Source: Planctomycetota bacterium
Lineage (GTDB): Bacteria > Planctomycetota > UBA8108 > SXIK01
NCBI GenBank assembly: GCA_965223265.1
Contig: OZ244999.1
Span: forward strand, 2,816,001 to 2,880,000
Length of the DNA: 64,000 bases
Reading direction: 5' to 3'
In this document: piece after piece, positions 1-9,185 of the stretch
How positions within the stretch are numbered: the stretch's first letter is position 1
Layout of the letters: each line of letters begins with the position of its first letter
The notes under the pieces: generated by a model
What the model was told of the DNA's origin: nothing
Seen by the model: only the letters and a program-made list of their open reading frames with translations
Databases searched by the model: none
Program-made: the position numbers and the translations under genes

Positions 1-1
1 G

Positions 2-397
2 TTCGCTCAGACGGTAGAAGAAGTCGATGCACGCATGGCCGCCATTGCTGAGCGAACAGCCAAGTACGAGGTCTTTCGTGACATGAAAGAGGAGGGTATG
101 TCGTTCGACGGCATGATCAACCAGTACACGTTCGAGCACCACGTGAACCCAGAGTCGGAAGGTTTCGTCCACGAGCTCTACACCGTGTGGTTCGATTCCA
201 CGGGAGGGGCCGTGAGGATGCGTCGCTCATTTTTCGGAGCCCATGGCTACTTCGAGCCTGACGAGAATTTCTGCGAGGTCGATCTCTGGACGGGGGAGAT
301 CATGCCGACGAACGGGCAGTCGACGCTCAGGAGTCGAGCTCTGGTTCCTTCCGACGCCAACCAGCCGATGCGGTGCGGAAATCGCGGCGGAAGCTGA
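2..397 (+). CDS. hypothetical protein, probably 5'-truncated by the window edge
   Basis: Frame is open from base 2 through the ATG at 35 to TGA 397; protein-like composition (FEHHVNPESEGFVHELYTVWFD); family not recognised. Confidence 0.5.
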   Translation, partial: FAQTVEEVDARMAAIAERTAKYEVFRDMKEEGMSFDGMINQYTFEHHVNPESEGFVHELYTVWFDSTGGAVRMRRSFFGAHGYFEPDENFCEVDLWTGEIMPTNGQSTLRSRALVPSDANQPMRCGNRGGS

Positions 398-615
398 ACT
401 TGACGCCCACAATCGTGGGCGTTCTCGCTGACAGTGAATAGTGAATCGACTCGGCGACGGTGAGGATAGACGGCGGCGAAACTGTGTAACGGACGCGTAC
501 CGAGAGCGTCTGGATGGGCAATTGCGCACCGCGTCCGCGGTGGAGCAGGCTTGAGCTCGAACGGCTTGCCGCTAACCCGCTTCTCGGTACGGTCAAACCA
601 AGGTGAGGTCGACGC

Positions 616-930
616 ATGATGTGTCCGAACTGCCAGTCAGAGCAGCCCATGGTTCCAGGCAATGCGGTCGTTCACACCACCGGTGTGGGGTTTATGACGG
701 CCGGTTGGTCGTATCAGCACTGCTGGTTTCGCCCGGCCGGCTGCCGGGAGAAGGACGACGAGATCATCGTCCACAACCCAACCGGGCTCTTTGCGTTCAT
801 GCCGTCGAAGAAGCAGGCCGCGCCGCCGGCTCACCGCTGTCGCGGGTGCGGTGCTGTGGTGATTCTGCCGCCGCGGATGCCGGGGGAGGAGCGGCGGGAG
901 GCGCGAGAAATCGCGCGCACGAATGCGTAA
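616..930 (+). CDS. small zinc-ribbon protein (DUF6487/PF20097-like)
   Basis: MMCPNC..M.PG at the N-terminus and AHRCRGCGAVVI at the C-terminus; AGGTGAGG SD-like sequence upstream. Confidence 0.65.
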   Translation: MMCPNCQSEQPMVPGNAVVHTTGVGFMTAGWSYQHCWFRPAGCREKDDEIIVHNPTGLFAFMPSKKQAAPPAHRCRGCGAVVILPPRMPGEERREAREIARTNA

Positions 931-1781
931 GCGACCGAGCACGAAGCCTTTTCGAGTATATCAGTTGTATTCAGTGGCCGTCTTCCATTCGGCACCGCCT
1001 CACTGAAGTGATGTAGAGAGCTTTGGGCTTCTCGAGATGTCCAGAAACCCAAGACGAGGGTCGGTCGGCTCCGAACGACGCAGCGCGATCGCCCCATTCA
1101 CGGAACAGCTCGACGTGGCCAACTCGCGCGAGATGCTCACGTCTCCTGGGATGTGTGGAACATTGCGGGCGGCTGACCCTTCCTGTGTGAAGTGTTTGTC
1201 ATCAATCTGCGTACCTCGCGGGAGCTAGTCGAGCGCTCTGCCCCAAGGAGGACGCTTGCGCCATCCACGATCGCGCCGAATGTGGGGTTCACTCAATGAA
1301 TCGCCCGCCTCGAGCACCGCAGAATTCCCGCATCCTCTCGAGAACACTCTCGTCTCATGAAACGTCCGACGTGGCGAGGTGCTACTCGAGTCTTCCACTC
1401 AGTGCGCTAGCTCTCCGACTCGCGAGCGAGAATGTCCGCGCTCACTTCACGCTGGTCTCACGATGCATCCAAGCGGCTAGCTAGCCTCGGCTCATGCTTC
1501 CTCGCTGAGCGCTTTGCTGCGGATTTTCTCCACCTATCAGACAATATTCCCTGCTTGAAGAGGTAATCAGAACGCCCGATGGACTCTTTATGACGATGGC
1601 CACGGATTTGCTTCTCCTGTAACGCGGCAGTGCGCAGACGCGTGAAGGGCAGCTGCGCAATTCATCGTCGACGTCGTTCGTTGGCGTGGAGCAGTTCTTA
1701 GTCGACTGCTGTGGCGGGAATTCCCGCATCTCGCGTGGGTGGAACCCGCCACGGCCCAAGTGGATACGGGAGAAGCGTCGC

Positions 1782-2429
1782 ATGAGTGCTAGAACGAAAA
1801 AGAAGTTCGCTCTGTTGATCGTATTCTCGGCGGTAGCAGGCTCCGTGGGCGGGTTCTTTCTTATGGTGGAGCGAACGAAAGGAGCGCAGGAGGACCCTCA
1901 ACTCGAAGAGAGCCGCGTCCTCAAGCCCTTTCAGTGGGGATACGACCTAGGTCAAGAGCGCGCTGGATTCTCTGGCCTCGACACAGTCTATGTCTTCGCC
2001 GACTCTACAGTGAATCTTCCCGTCCTCGAGGCTTGTTTGGATGATCCAGCGGTTGAAGCGGCAATGGGCACCTTCGTTGGTGTGATCCTTTCTGAGACCG
2101 AAGAGGACGCTGTTGCTCGTCGCTTGCGAGAGAAGGACCTCCAGCAGGTTGTCGTCGAATCTCTCAGCGGTCGATATCGCGGTTCACTTCCGCCCGGCTT
2201 TACCTGCGATGAGCTGGTTCTTCTTCTCGAGTCGATCGCCCGTCGACGCATCATCAAGCCCGCTCTGAGTCCGATCCGTTCCAGACTTCGAGTTGACCCT
2301 ACGGCCATTGATGAGTTCGTTGCGCGCGGCGAAATAGACCGCGCACGCAAGTATCTCGACTTCCTCAAGGAGTTCGAAGGAGCGGACAGTCCGGTGGCGC
2401 TAGCCGTTGAAGCCCGGATTCCCCAGTAA
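1782..2429 (+). CDS. membrane-anchored periplasmic protein, possibly thioredoxin-like fold without CxxC
   Basis: ATG 1782 followed by KKK and a hydrophobic helix (FALLIVFSAVAGSVGGFFL); lies directly upstream of the rhs gene; fold call is a weak impression. Confidence 0.6.
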   Translation: MSARTKKKFALLIVFSAVAGSVGGFFLMVERTKGAQEDPQLEESRVLKPFQWGYDLGQERAGFSGLDTVYVFADSTVNLPVLEACLDDPAVEAAMGTFVGVILSETEEDAVARRLREKDLQQVVVESLSGRYRGSLPPGFTCDELVLLLESIARRRIIKPALSPIRSRLRVDPTAIDEFVARGEIDRARKYLDFLKEFEGADSPVALAVEARIPQ

Positions 2430-2511
2430 CCCGGCTGTTCGCCCAGTCCGAGTGCCCGAAGTCAACCCGATCCAATTGTCGGTACCAAAGAGAATCGAAA
2501 GGGGTGTTGAA

Positions 2512-5500
2512 ATGCTGCACGGCACAAAAAGTCCTCTCGTCGCGCGACCCGGTGTTTTCTCTCTCTGTTTGGTGGGGCTCGCTACCATCACCCTCAGCAG
2601 CCTCGCGGTAGAGGACGACTACGAGTTCATGCCGACCCACGCTTGGAGATTCTTGGGTTCTATGGGTGGTGACGACGTCTCTCTCACGCTCGCGGAAGGC
2701 TTTCCGGGACATCGAGTCGAACCCAAGAAGAATCGGTGGATCGCACCCGTTGACGGCGACGGCGGCTTCGACAACGTCGCTCCCCGCCTCGCAGCCGAAG
2801 AAGGGCCGGGAGGTCTCGAATGGGATCCGTCGCCGACTTACCGAACTCGCTACAAAAACGGCACGAACTACTTGCCGAACTCGACGCGACTTCAGGGGAA
2901 CAACTGGTTCACGAGGATCCCGTATGCGGAGTATGACAGCACCAATGACGTTTGGGTCATACGCTTTGACGCGAACATGATTCGCTATTTCGACGTCGAC
3001 AGCCAGAGCTCGACTGTCTACTGGGGGCGCTACGGCAACTCGCGATCGAAGCTTGTCAAGTCGGGAACGAGTCCGAACGGGCTGCTCAAGCTCAGCGATG
3101 CCGGCGGCAAGGTGTACACGTTTAGTGAGTCAGAAAGCTACAAGTGCACGAAGATCGAACCGGTAGGGATAGCTGAGACGACGATCACCTACGCTACGAA
3201 CACGATCACCGTGATCCAAAAGTCGAACTCGAGCACGGAGGTGCGAAAGTTCACGTACACCCTCACCGACCATGGAAACGGAAAACGCATCGACAAGATC
3301 GAAGTCGCCGAAAAAGACGGCACGTGGGGTAGTGCTTACCGAACCATCGACTTCACGTATCATGAGCAGGTCACGTCGCCTGCGGGCAGCTCGACGGGAG
3401 ACCTCGTTGGCATCGAAGAGACGATGGATCTCTCGGAAAGCGGCAAAACATACTCGAGAAAGTGGGTCTTCAAGTACTACACGGGCAGTTACAACGCTCA
3501 GACGAATCCCGGGAATCCCTACCAGATCGAGGCGATCTTGGAGCCAGGAGCGGTTCACGGCTACGAAAGCGCAAATCCAACGCACAACATCTACGAAAAG
3601 AGCGTCACCGACCTGGCGAACTATGTGGACCGCACGTACGAGTACCACTCCGATCGGCGGCTCAAGGAGCTCACGCTCAACGACAACTGCGGCTGCGGCG
3701 GATCGTCCGGAACGTACACGTACTCTTGGGTCAAGAACGGGACGACTCCGACAGATCTCGACACGTGGTTTTCCCGCGTCACGATCACGCTACCAACGAG
3801 CGCGGGCCACTTCATTGACTACAACAAGTATGGGCAGATCCTCAACAGTATGATCCAGGAGGATATAGCGCAGAGCGGCTCACGAAAGTGGATCCGAACG
3901 TACCGTCGTGATGATGATGGATTCTTGACCGATAGTTACTCGGTAGCCGCGTGCGACAGCTACAATACCACTACGCATATCGTGACGACGAACACGACTG
4001 GAGGTATGCACTACCAGTACGATTTCACCTATGACTCTGGGGACGATGACTGGACGCTCACTGCCAAGCTGCGCGATCCAGGAAGCGGGGACTGGAACTG
4101 GCAAGCAAAGAGAGTCTTTACGCTCAAGACCTCGGGTGATCGAAGGAGATTCTTTCAGGACTCCGAGACGATCTACCCGACCGAAACAACGACGGATTCC
4201 GGCGACACGACGTCGTTTGCCTACGAGACCTTTCACACGCTCGACGCTCTGGCGGTTGCGCGTCGAAAGATGACGTTTCCAGTCGTACCTACAGGGGAAA
4301 ACGGATCTGGCAACGCAGTCAGTATCTACGACTATTTCGAACTGGACTCGCTCCACACGTGGACGAAGGACGGCGAGGGGCATGTAGACTACATGGGCTA
4401 TGACGGCGATCGGCGCACGGAAACGATGCACGTCACGGACATCGATACCGATAGCGCAGACCGCCCGGCCGGCGTCCCGGCACCTCCCGATACAACGTTC
4501 AATAGCAGCAGTGGCCTAAACATCGTGACAAAGGACGAGTACGACGTACTCGGGCGCGTCACGAAGAGTGAATCGGCGGCGTTCGATGCGTGGAACGGAA
4601 CGAGCGTGACGTCGACGAAGATCACCAAGAGGTGGCACTACGATAAGCTTTCAGGGGACGAGCTTGTCATCATGGAGTACCCACACATTGACTCTTCGTA
4701 CCATCATGCTGCGATTTCCCTGCAGGTGATCGACCACGATGGGAATGCCGCTACGAGCGCGATGGGAGAGCTCGATACGCTCAAGCGTGATACGACGCTG
4801 TCTGACGATCTCGACGACACCGAAGCGACGATCGAAGACGCGTTTGAGGGGACGATCGTTCAACGCAGAGACTCTACTTACGACGGTTCTAAGGTCCTAA
4901 CGAGCGAAGTGTGGAGCGACGCTTCGAGCTCCCTTGCAGATAAGCACATAACCACCTACACCTACGATTCTTCCGGGAGATTGGAGACAACTAAGAATCC
5001 CGCCGGAACGATCACTCGCTACACCTATGACGTCCTCGGCCGCACGAAGATCACGGAGATCGGGACGGTCGACAGCGGCCCAACTCCCAACATGACGGCG
5101 ACTGAAAAGCTATTCTACGACGACGAGGAAGACACCTCGAGCAACGTGGGCGACGGCTTTCTCACAAGTCGTGTTCGCTACACAAAAAATAGTCTAACCG
5201 AAGGACTGCGAACAACCGACCATGATGTCGACTATCGCGGGCGGGTCACGACAGTGTTTGAGCCTCTTGATGTAAGCGAAGATCGTACGTACGACAATCT
5301 GGATCGCCTAACCCTCATTGAGCGATATGACGATGGCGGTCAGTCCTCAGTCCTCATGAGGAAGACTGAGAATTTCTACGACCCTCTTGGTCAGGCCTAT
5401 GAGGTGAGAAACTACGGGATCACGGGTGGAAGCGGATCTGACTACTCGAAGACAGCGTACTGGCATGATGCGCGGGGTCTGAACATCAAGACGCTGAGCA

Positions 5501-8500
5501 ACGGAAAAGTCTTCAAGAAGACGCAATACGACGGAGCCGGTCGCGCGATCAACCGTGCGACAAGCTATGACGCGGGACAGGATGAAAGTGCGTATAGCGC
5601 GGCGGACGATCTCGACAAAGACACGGTAATCCAAGAGAGTGTCTACACCCGAGATGCTAGCGGACGAGTGGAGCTTGAGGCGACATATGAGCGGCGCCAC
5701 GGAGCGACGGGTGAAGGGAGTCTGACCGTCGGAACCAGCGGCAACGGTCGAGCTCAGTACGTTGCCACTTGGTTCGACGAATTTGGCAGATCTTCTTGCA
5801 GAGCCAACTACGGGACAAACGGAGGGACGGACCTAACGACGCGGCCAACAGGTAGCCCTCCGGCAACGTCAGACGCCAATAGGCTCGTTACGGAGACGAG
5901 CTACACGGTAAAGGGAGAAGTCGAAGAGCAGAGAGGTCCGGCTGTCAAGACTCCTGCGAGTGAGGGCCTTGTCGTAACCCATCGCTATGAGTACACCGAC
6001 TGGGGAGCCACATCCAAACGTATTGACAACTACGTTAACGGAACCCCGGGAGTCGACGACGACAGAACGACCGTCTATACGTACGACAGCGTCGGAAGGC
6101 TGCAAACAATCACCGCCAAAGCCACTACGAACGACCAGGTGACGGAAAATGTCTACGGTGTGACCCGAGGTTCGGGCGACGCGGATTCGCGCATCGCCTC
6201 CAATGATCTCATCAAAACCGTCAAGCACCCTGACCCGTCGAATGGGGGTGCGGGTGGCGTCAACGACCAGGTGCACTATGCGTACAACGCACAGGGTCAG
6301 AGAACGTACATGGAGGACCAGCGTGACACTGCGCACGTTTATGAATACGACGATCGAGGTCGAGTGATTCACGACCGTGTAACGGTCCTCGGAGACACAG
6401 GAGTAGACGGTGCCATACGCCGAATTAGCTGGATCTACGACGCACTCGATCGTACGACGAGGGTCCGCAGCTATGACAACGCCAGCACGACGTCCGGGAC
6501 GATCAAGAACGAAGTTCACTATGTCTACGACAAATTCGGCGTGGTTAAGACAATCTATCAGGAATGGAACGGCTCAGTTGACCTGGGTTTCTCGAACAAG
6601 GTGAGCTACGCGTACAGCTTTCCGACCAATGGGACAACGGGACTCCGTCAGACTTCCACAACGTATCCGAGCGGCGCGGTCATCACAAATGTCTACGATA
6701 GTGGAATCGACGACACAATCAGCCGAGTCAGTGGCAAGAAAAAAGGAAGCGACTGGCTTTTCGAGGATGATTACCTAGGGCTCGGCAGGCTTGTCAAACG
6801 AAGGTACGCTGGGTCCGACACGTACTGGACACTCGAGGGAACAGACTCTGCCAACGCCGACAACTACGTTGGCCTCGATCGTTTCGGGCGAATCGACGAC
6901 TTGGTGGTGATTGATGGGACCACCAATGTCAATCGCTACCTGTACGCCTACAATGACCGATCCCAGATCACCTACAGGGAGGACGAAGTAGGAAACGTCT
7001 CCGGGTCTTACGAGTTTGACCAGCAGTTCACTTACGATGGCCTTGGACGGCTCACAGAACACGAGCGCGGCGAGGAGCTGGATCAGACGCCAACACATAC
7101 CTCTCACGAGTGCTGGACGCTCAATCGCTCGGGGGGCTGGGAAGATTACTACGAAGGGCTAGCGGATCCCTGCGGGACAGGCGTCTCGTGTACGCTGAAC
7201 TCCTCGAATGAGATCACAGACGTAGACTCTGTCGACTATTCGTACGACCGTGCGGGAAACATGACAGAGCGTGGAAGTGATTATGACCTGATCTTTGATG
7301 CCTGGAGTCGTCTCGTCGAAGTCAAGGATGGGGCGGTCACAGTTTCAAAATACGCTTATAACGGAATCCATCAAAAGATATCGAGTGGCGAGTATTCGTC
7401 ACTGGAGTACGACTACTATTACTCGAATAATAATCAAGTCGTAGAGGAGTGGTATAGAGATGATGACGATTACAAGCAGTGGTATGCCTGGGGTACACAA
7501 GATGTTGATGACATCGTCGTTCGATCGACTGGATCAACTTCGTCCTATTTCAAGTATTATGTCCTTGATGCAAACCTCAACGTGGTCACTCGCCTTGGTT
7601 CGACGGGGGCGCCGATCAGCCGGTACGTTTACTACAGCTATGGTGAGCCCAAGCAGCTGAGTTCTAATTGGACGACATGGCAAACCATCACCGAAGACCA
7701 TTACCTATTCACCGGTCGGCAGTATCACCGGAGGCATGGTGCATACGACTATCGAGCTCGCTTTCGGGACGCGGAGATTGGTGGCTTCGTGCAGCGTGAC
7801 CCAATAGGGAGCTGGGGCGATGAAGAAAACTGGGGAAACGGATATATGTACGTGGCAAGCGATCCGGCAAATTTGAGAGATGGCAAGGGGTTGTGGTCGA
7901 CGTCTGATCACGAAAAGCTAACAAACACCACACTGGATCACCTTACAATACGGGAATTATTTGGCGGTTGGGGCTGGATTGGTCGCTGTAAAGAACGAAT
8001 AACTGATGACTTGCACTACTATAATGAACGGCAGGATTCATCCTGGATACTTGGTCCTGTACTTTCTCCTTCAAGGCATTTTATGGCTCCCTACATTGTC
8101 AGTCAAAAATGGATGAGGCGTAGATATATTCGATACGTTGACGATGAAATGGATACCCTGAAAGAGATATTAAAAAATAGTGTTGGAGATTTCGGAGACG
8201 ATGGATGTTGGCGATTTAATAATATGGAAAAATGTACTGAGCAATGCAGTTTCGCTTTGCGATCTCTTGGATATTTGTTGCATAGTTATCAGGATTATTA
8301 TGGTCACTCTACAAACTGGATTAGTGGTGACAATCCTCTCCGACACAGTGATGCGTCTCTGCCAATGAGATGGGAGCCTGAGCATGAAGAGAGGAACTCT
8401 CGTTTCCACTCAGCGCGTTTTTCTTCGGCCTCACTTTGGTCAGCTGAGAAGATATCGACAGAACTCTATATGATGAAAACAGGAAAGATTCGTAAAGTTT

Positions 8501-8559
8501 TGAGTCATCTTTCCCTCCTTTGCTGTGATCTGTCTAGTCCATTTTGGCCGCGAGCTTAA
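2512..8559 (+). CDS. Rhs/YD-repeat polymorphic toxin with signal peptide and C-terminal Zn-dependent phospholipase C/HET-C-like domain
   Basis: Many YD repeats (YTYDSSGRL, YTYDVLGR, YEYDDRGR); Rhs core YLFTGRQY..YDYRARF..GGFVQRDPIG..DPANLRDGKGL; N-terminal hydrophobic helix ending SSLA; tip motif LGYLLHSYQDYYGHS. ATG 2512 with GAAAGGGG upstream preferred over the ORF start at 2407. Confidence 0.93.
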   Translation: MLHGTKSPLVARPGVFSLCLVGLATITLSSLAVEDDYEFMPTHAWRFLGSMGGDDVSLTLAEGFPGHRVEPKKNRWIAPVDGDGGFDNVAPRLAAEEGPGGLEWDPSPTYRTRYKNGTNYLPNSTRLQGNNWFTRIPYAEYDSTNDVWVIRFDANMIRYFDVDSQSSTVYWGRYGNSRSKLVKSGTSPNGLLKLSDAGGKVYTFSESESYKCTKIEPVGIAETTITYATNTITVIQKSNSSTEVRKFTYTLTDHGNGKRIDKIEVAEKDGTWGSAYRTIDFTYHEQVTSPAGSSTGDLVGIEETMDLSESGKTYSRKWVFKYYTGSYNAQTNPGNPYQIEAILEPGAVHGYESANPTHNIYEKSVTDLANYVDRTYEYHSDRRLKELTLNDNCGCGGSSGTYTYSWVKNGTTPTDLDTWFSRVTITLPTSAGHFIDYNKYGQILNSMIQEDIAQSGSRKWIRTYRRDDDGFLTDSYSVAACDSYNTTTHIVTTNTTGGMHYQYDFTYDSGDDDWTLTAKLRDPGSGDWNWQAKRVFTLKTSGDRRRFFQDSETIYPTETTTDSGDTTSFAYETFHTLDALAVARRKMTFPVVPTGENGSGNAVSIYDYFELDSLHTWTKDGEGHVDYMGYDGDRRTETMHVTDIDTDSADRPAGVPAPPDTTFNSSSGLNIVTKDEYDVLGRVTKSESAAFDAWNGTSVTSTKITKRWHYDKLSGDELVIMEYPHIDSSYHHAAISLQVIDHDGNAATSAMGELDTLKRDTTLSDDLDDTEATIEDAFEGTIVQRRDSTYDGSKVLTSEVWSDASSSLADKHITTYTYDSSGRLETTKNPAGTITRYTYDVLGRTKITEIGTVDSGPTPNMTATEKLFYDDEEDTSSNVGDGFLTSRVRYTKNSLTEGLRTTDHDVDYRGRVTTVFEPLDVSEDRTYDNLDRLTLIERYDDGGQSSVLMRKTENFYDPLGQAYEVRNYGITGGSGSDYSKTAYWHDARGLNIKTLSNGKVFKKTQYDGAGRAINRATSYDAGQDESAYSAADDLDKDTVIQESVYTRDASGRVELEATYERRHGATGEGSLTVGTSGNGRAQYVATWFDEFGRSSCRANYGTNGGTDLTTRPTGSPPATSDANRLVTETSYTVKGEVEEQRGPAVKTPASEGLVVTHRYEYTDWGATSKRIDNYVNGTPGVDDDRTTVYTYDSVGRLQTITAKATTNDQVTENVYGVTRGSGDADSRIASNDLIKTVKHPDPSNGGAGGVNDQVHYAYNAQGQRTYMEDQRDTAHVYEYDDRGRVIHDRVTVLGDTGVDGAIRRISWIYDALDRTTRVRSYDNASTTSGTIKNEVHYVYDKFGVVKTIYQEWNGSVDLGFSNKVSYAYSFPTNGTTGLRQTSTTYPSGAVITNVYDSGIDDTISRVSGKKKGSDWLFEDDYLGLGRLVKRRYAGSDTYWTLEGTDSANADNYVGLDRFGRIDDLVVIDGTTNVNRYLYAYNDRSQITYREDEVGNVSGSYEFDQQFTYDGLGRLTEHERGEELDQTPTHTSHECWTLNRSGGWEDYYEGLADPCGTGVSCTLNSSNEITDVDSVDYSYDRAGNMTERGSDYDLIFDAWSRLVEVKDGAVTVSKYAYNGIHQKISSGEYSSLEYDYYYSNNNQVVEEWYRDDDDYKQWYAWGTQDVDDIVVRSTGSTSSYFKYYVLDANLNVVTRLGSTGAPISRYVYYSYGEPKQLSSNWTTWQTITEDHYLFTGRQYHRRHGAYDYRARFRDAEIGGFVQRDPIGSWGDEENWGNGYMYVASDPANLRDGKGLWSTSDHEKLTNTTLDHLTIRELFGGWGWIGRCKERITDDLHYYNERQDSSWILGPVLSPSRHFMAPYIVSQKWMRRRYIRYVDDEMDTLKEILKNSVGDFGDDGCWRFNNMEKCTEQCSFALRSLGYLLHSYQDYYGHSTNWISGDNPLRHSDASLPMRWEPEHEERNSRFHSARFSSASLWSAEKISTELYMMKTGKIRKVLSHLSLLCCDLSSPFWPRA

Positions 8560-8624
8560 AAATCCCAGGTCTATTTTGTTTTTGTTTTTCCTTCTGCCAT
8601 GATCGGGCGAGCAGAGAGGTTGAG

Positions 8625-9014
8625 ATGAGGAGCGCTATCGGCGTCCTGGTAATTGTTCTATGTTCGATGTCGGCATGCGGTTGCGTTATGACTTCGGCGA
8701 CCCAAGTGTCTTACTGGAGTGAGGAGCGCGTGTTTCATAACTTGGTGGGTGACGAAGTTATGATATATGGTGGAACATTTTGGGATTTTGCGCTTTTGGG
8801 TGGCTGGTTCTACGTCGGAGTAACCGAAGATCCAACTATGATAGCTTGCATGCCTCTCGCGATTCTTGACCTGCCGTTCTGTGTGACAGCCGATACGGTT
8901 TTGCTCCCGATGACGATACCACAGCAAATTGAGGTGCTTCTGAGGGATGAAACCTCGGGATCACAAGAGGACGCCGAACTGGGCGCCGTACAAGAGGGCG
9001 GAAGTGATGGTTGA
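8625..9014 (+). CDS. YceK/YidQ (DUF1375)-family lipoprotein; candidate Rhs immunity protein
   Basis: Lipobox-like ..SACGC; YGG..D and LDLPFCVTADTVLLP motifs; GAGAGG SD before ATG 8625; first gene after the toxin. Confidence 0.8.
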   Translation: MRSAIGVLVIVLCSMSACGCVMTSATQVSYWSEERVFHNLVGDEVMIYGGTFWDFALLGGWFYVGVTEDPTMIACMPLAILDLPFCVTADTVLLPMTIPQQIEVLLRDETSGSQEDAELGAVQEGGSDG

Positions 9015-9162
9015 GCGCTCGGTGATCCCTCTGTCTTTCACTTCGCAGGGCTTATGGTTCGGACCGCAGTCAACGGGTTGCGCGGAGTGTTCAAGATGCT
9101 CTGAGTTCTTTCAAGGCAATCTCGTTGTCTGTGATCGGTGTTGGCGATATCCGTTTGACTAA
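9007..9162 (+). CDS. possible 51-aa Cys-rich peptide
   Basis: Overlaps the upstream stop and fills most of the gap to the next gene; CAECSRC..CDRC; could be spurious. Confidence 0.25.
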   Translation: MVERSVIPLSFTSQGLWFGPQSTGCAECSRCSEFFQGNLVVCDRCWRYPFD

Positions 9163-9185
9163 GGATGTTCTGGAGACGGCGAAGA

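Noticed and set aside
931-1781. Short ORFs between the zinc-ribbon gene and the rhs-upstream gene
   Set aside because: No SD, motifs or coding-like composition; treated as intergenic or decayed DNA
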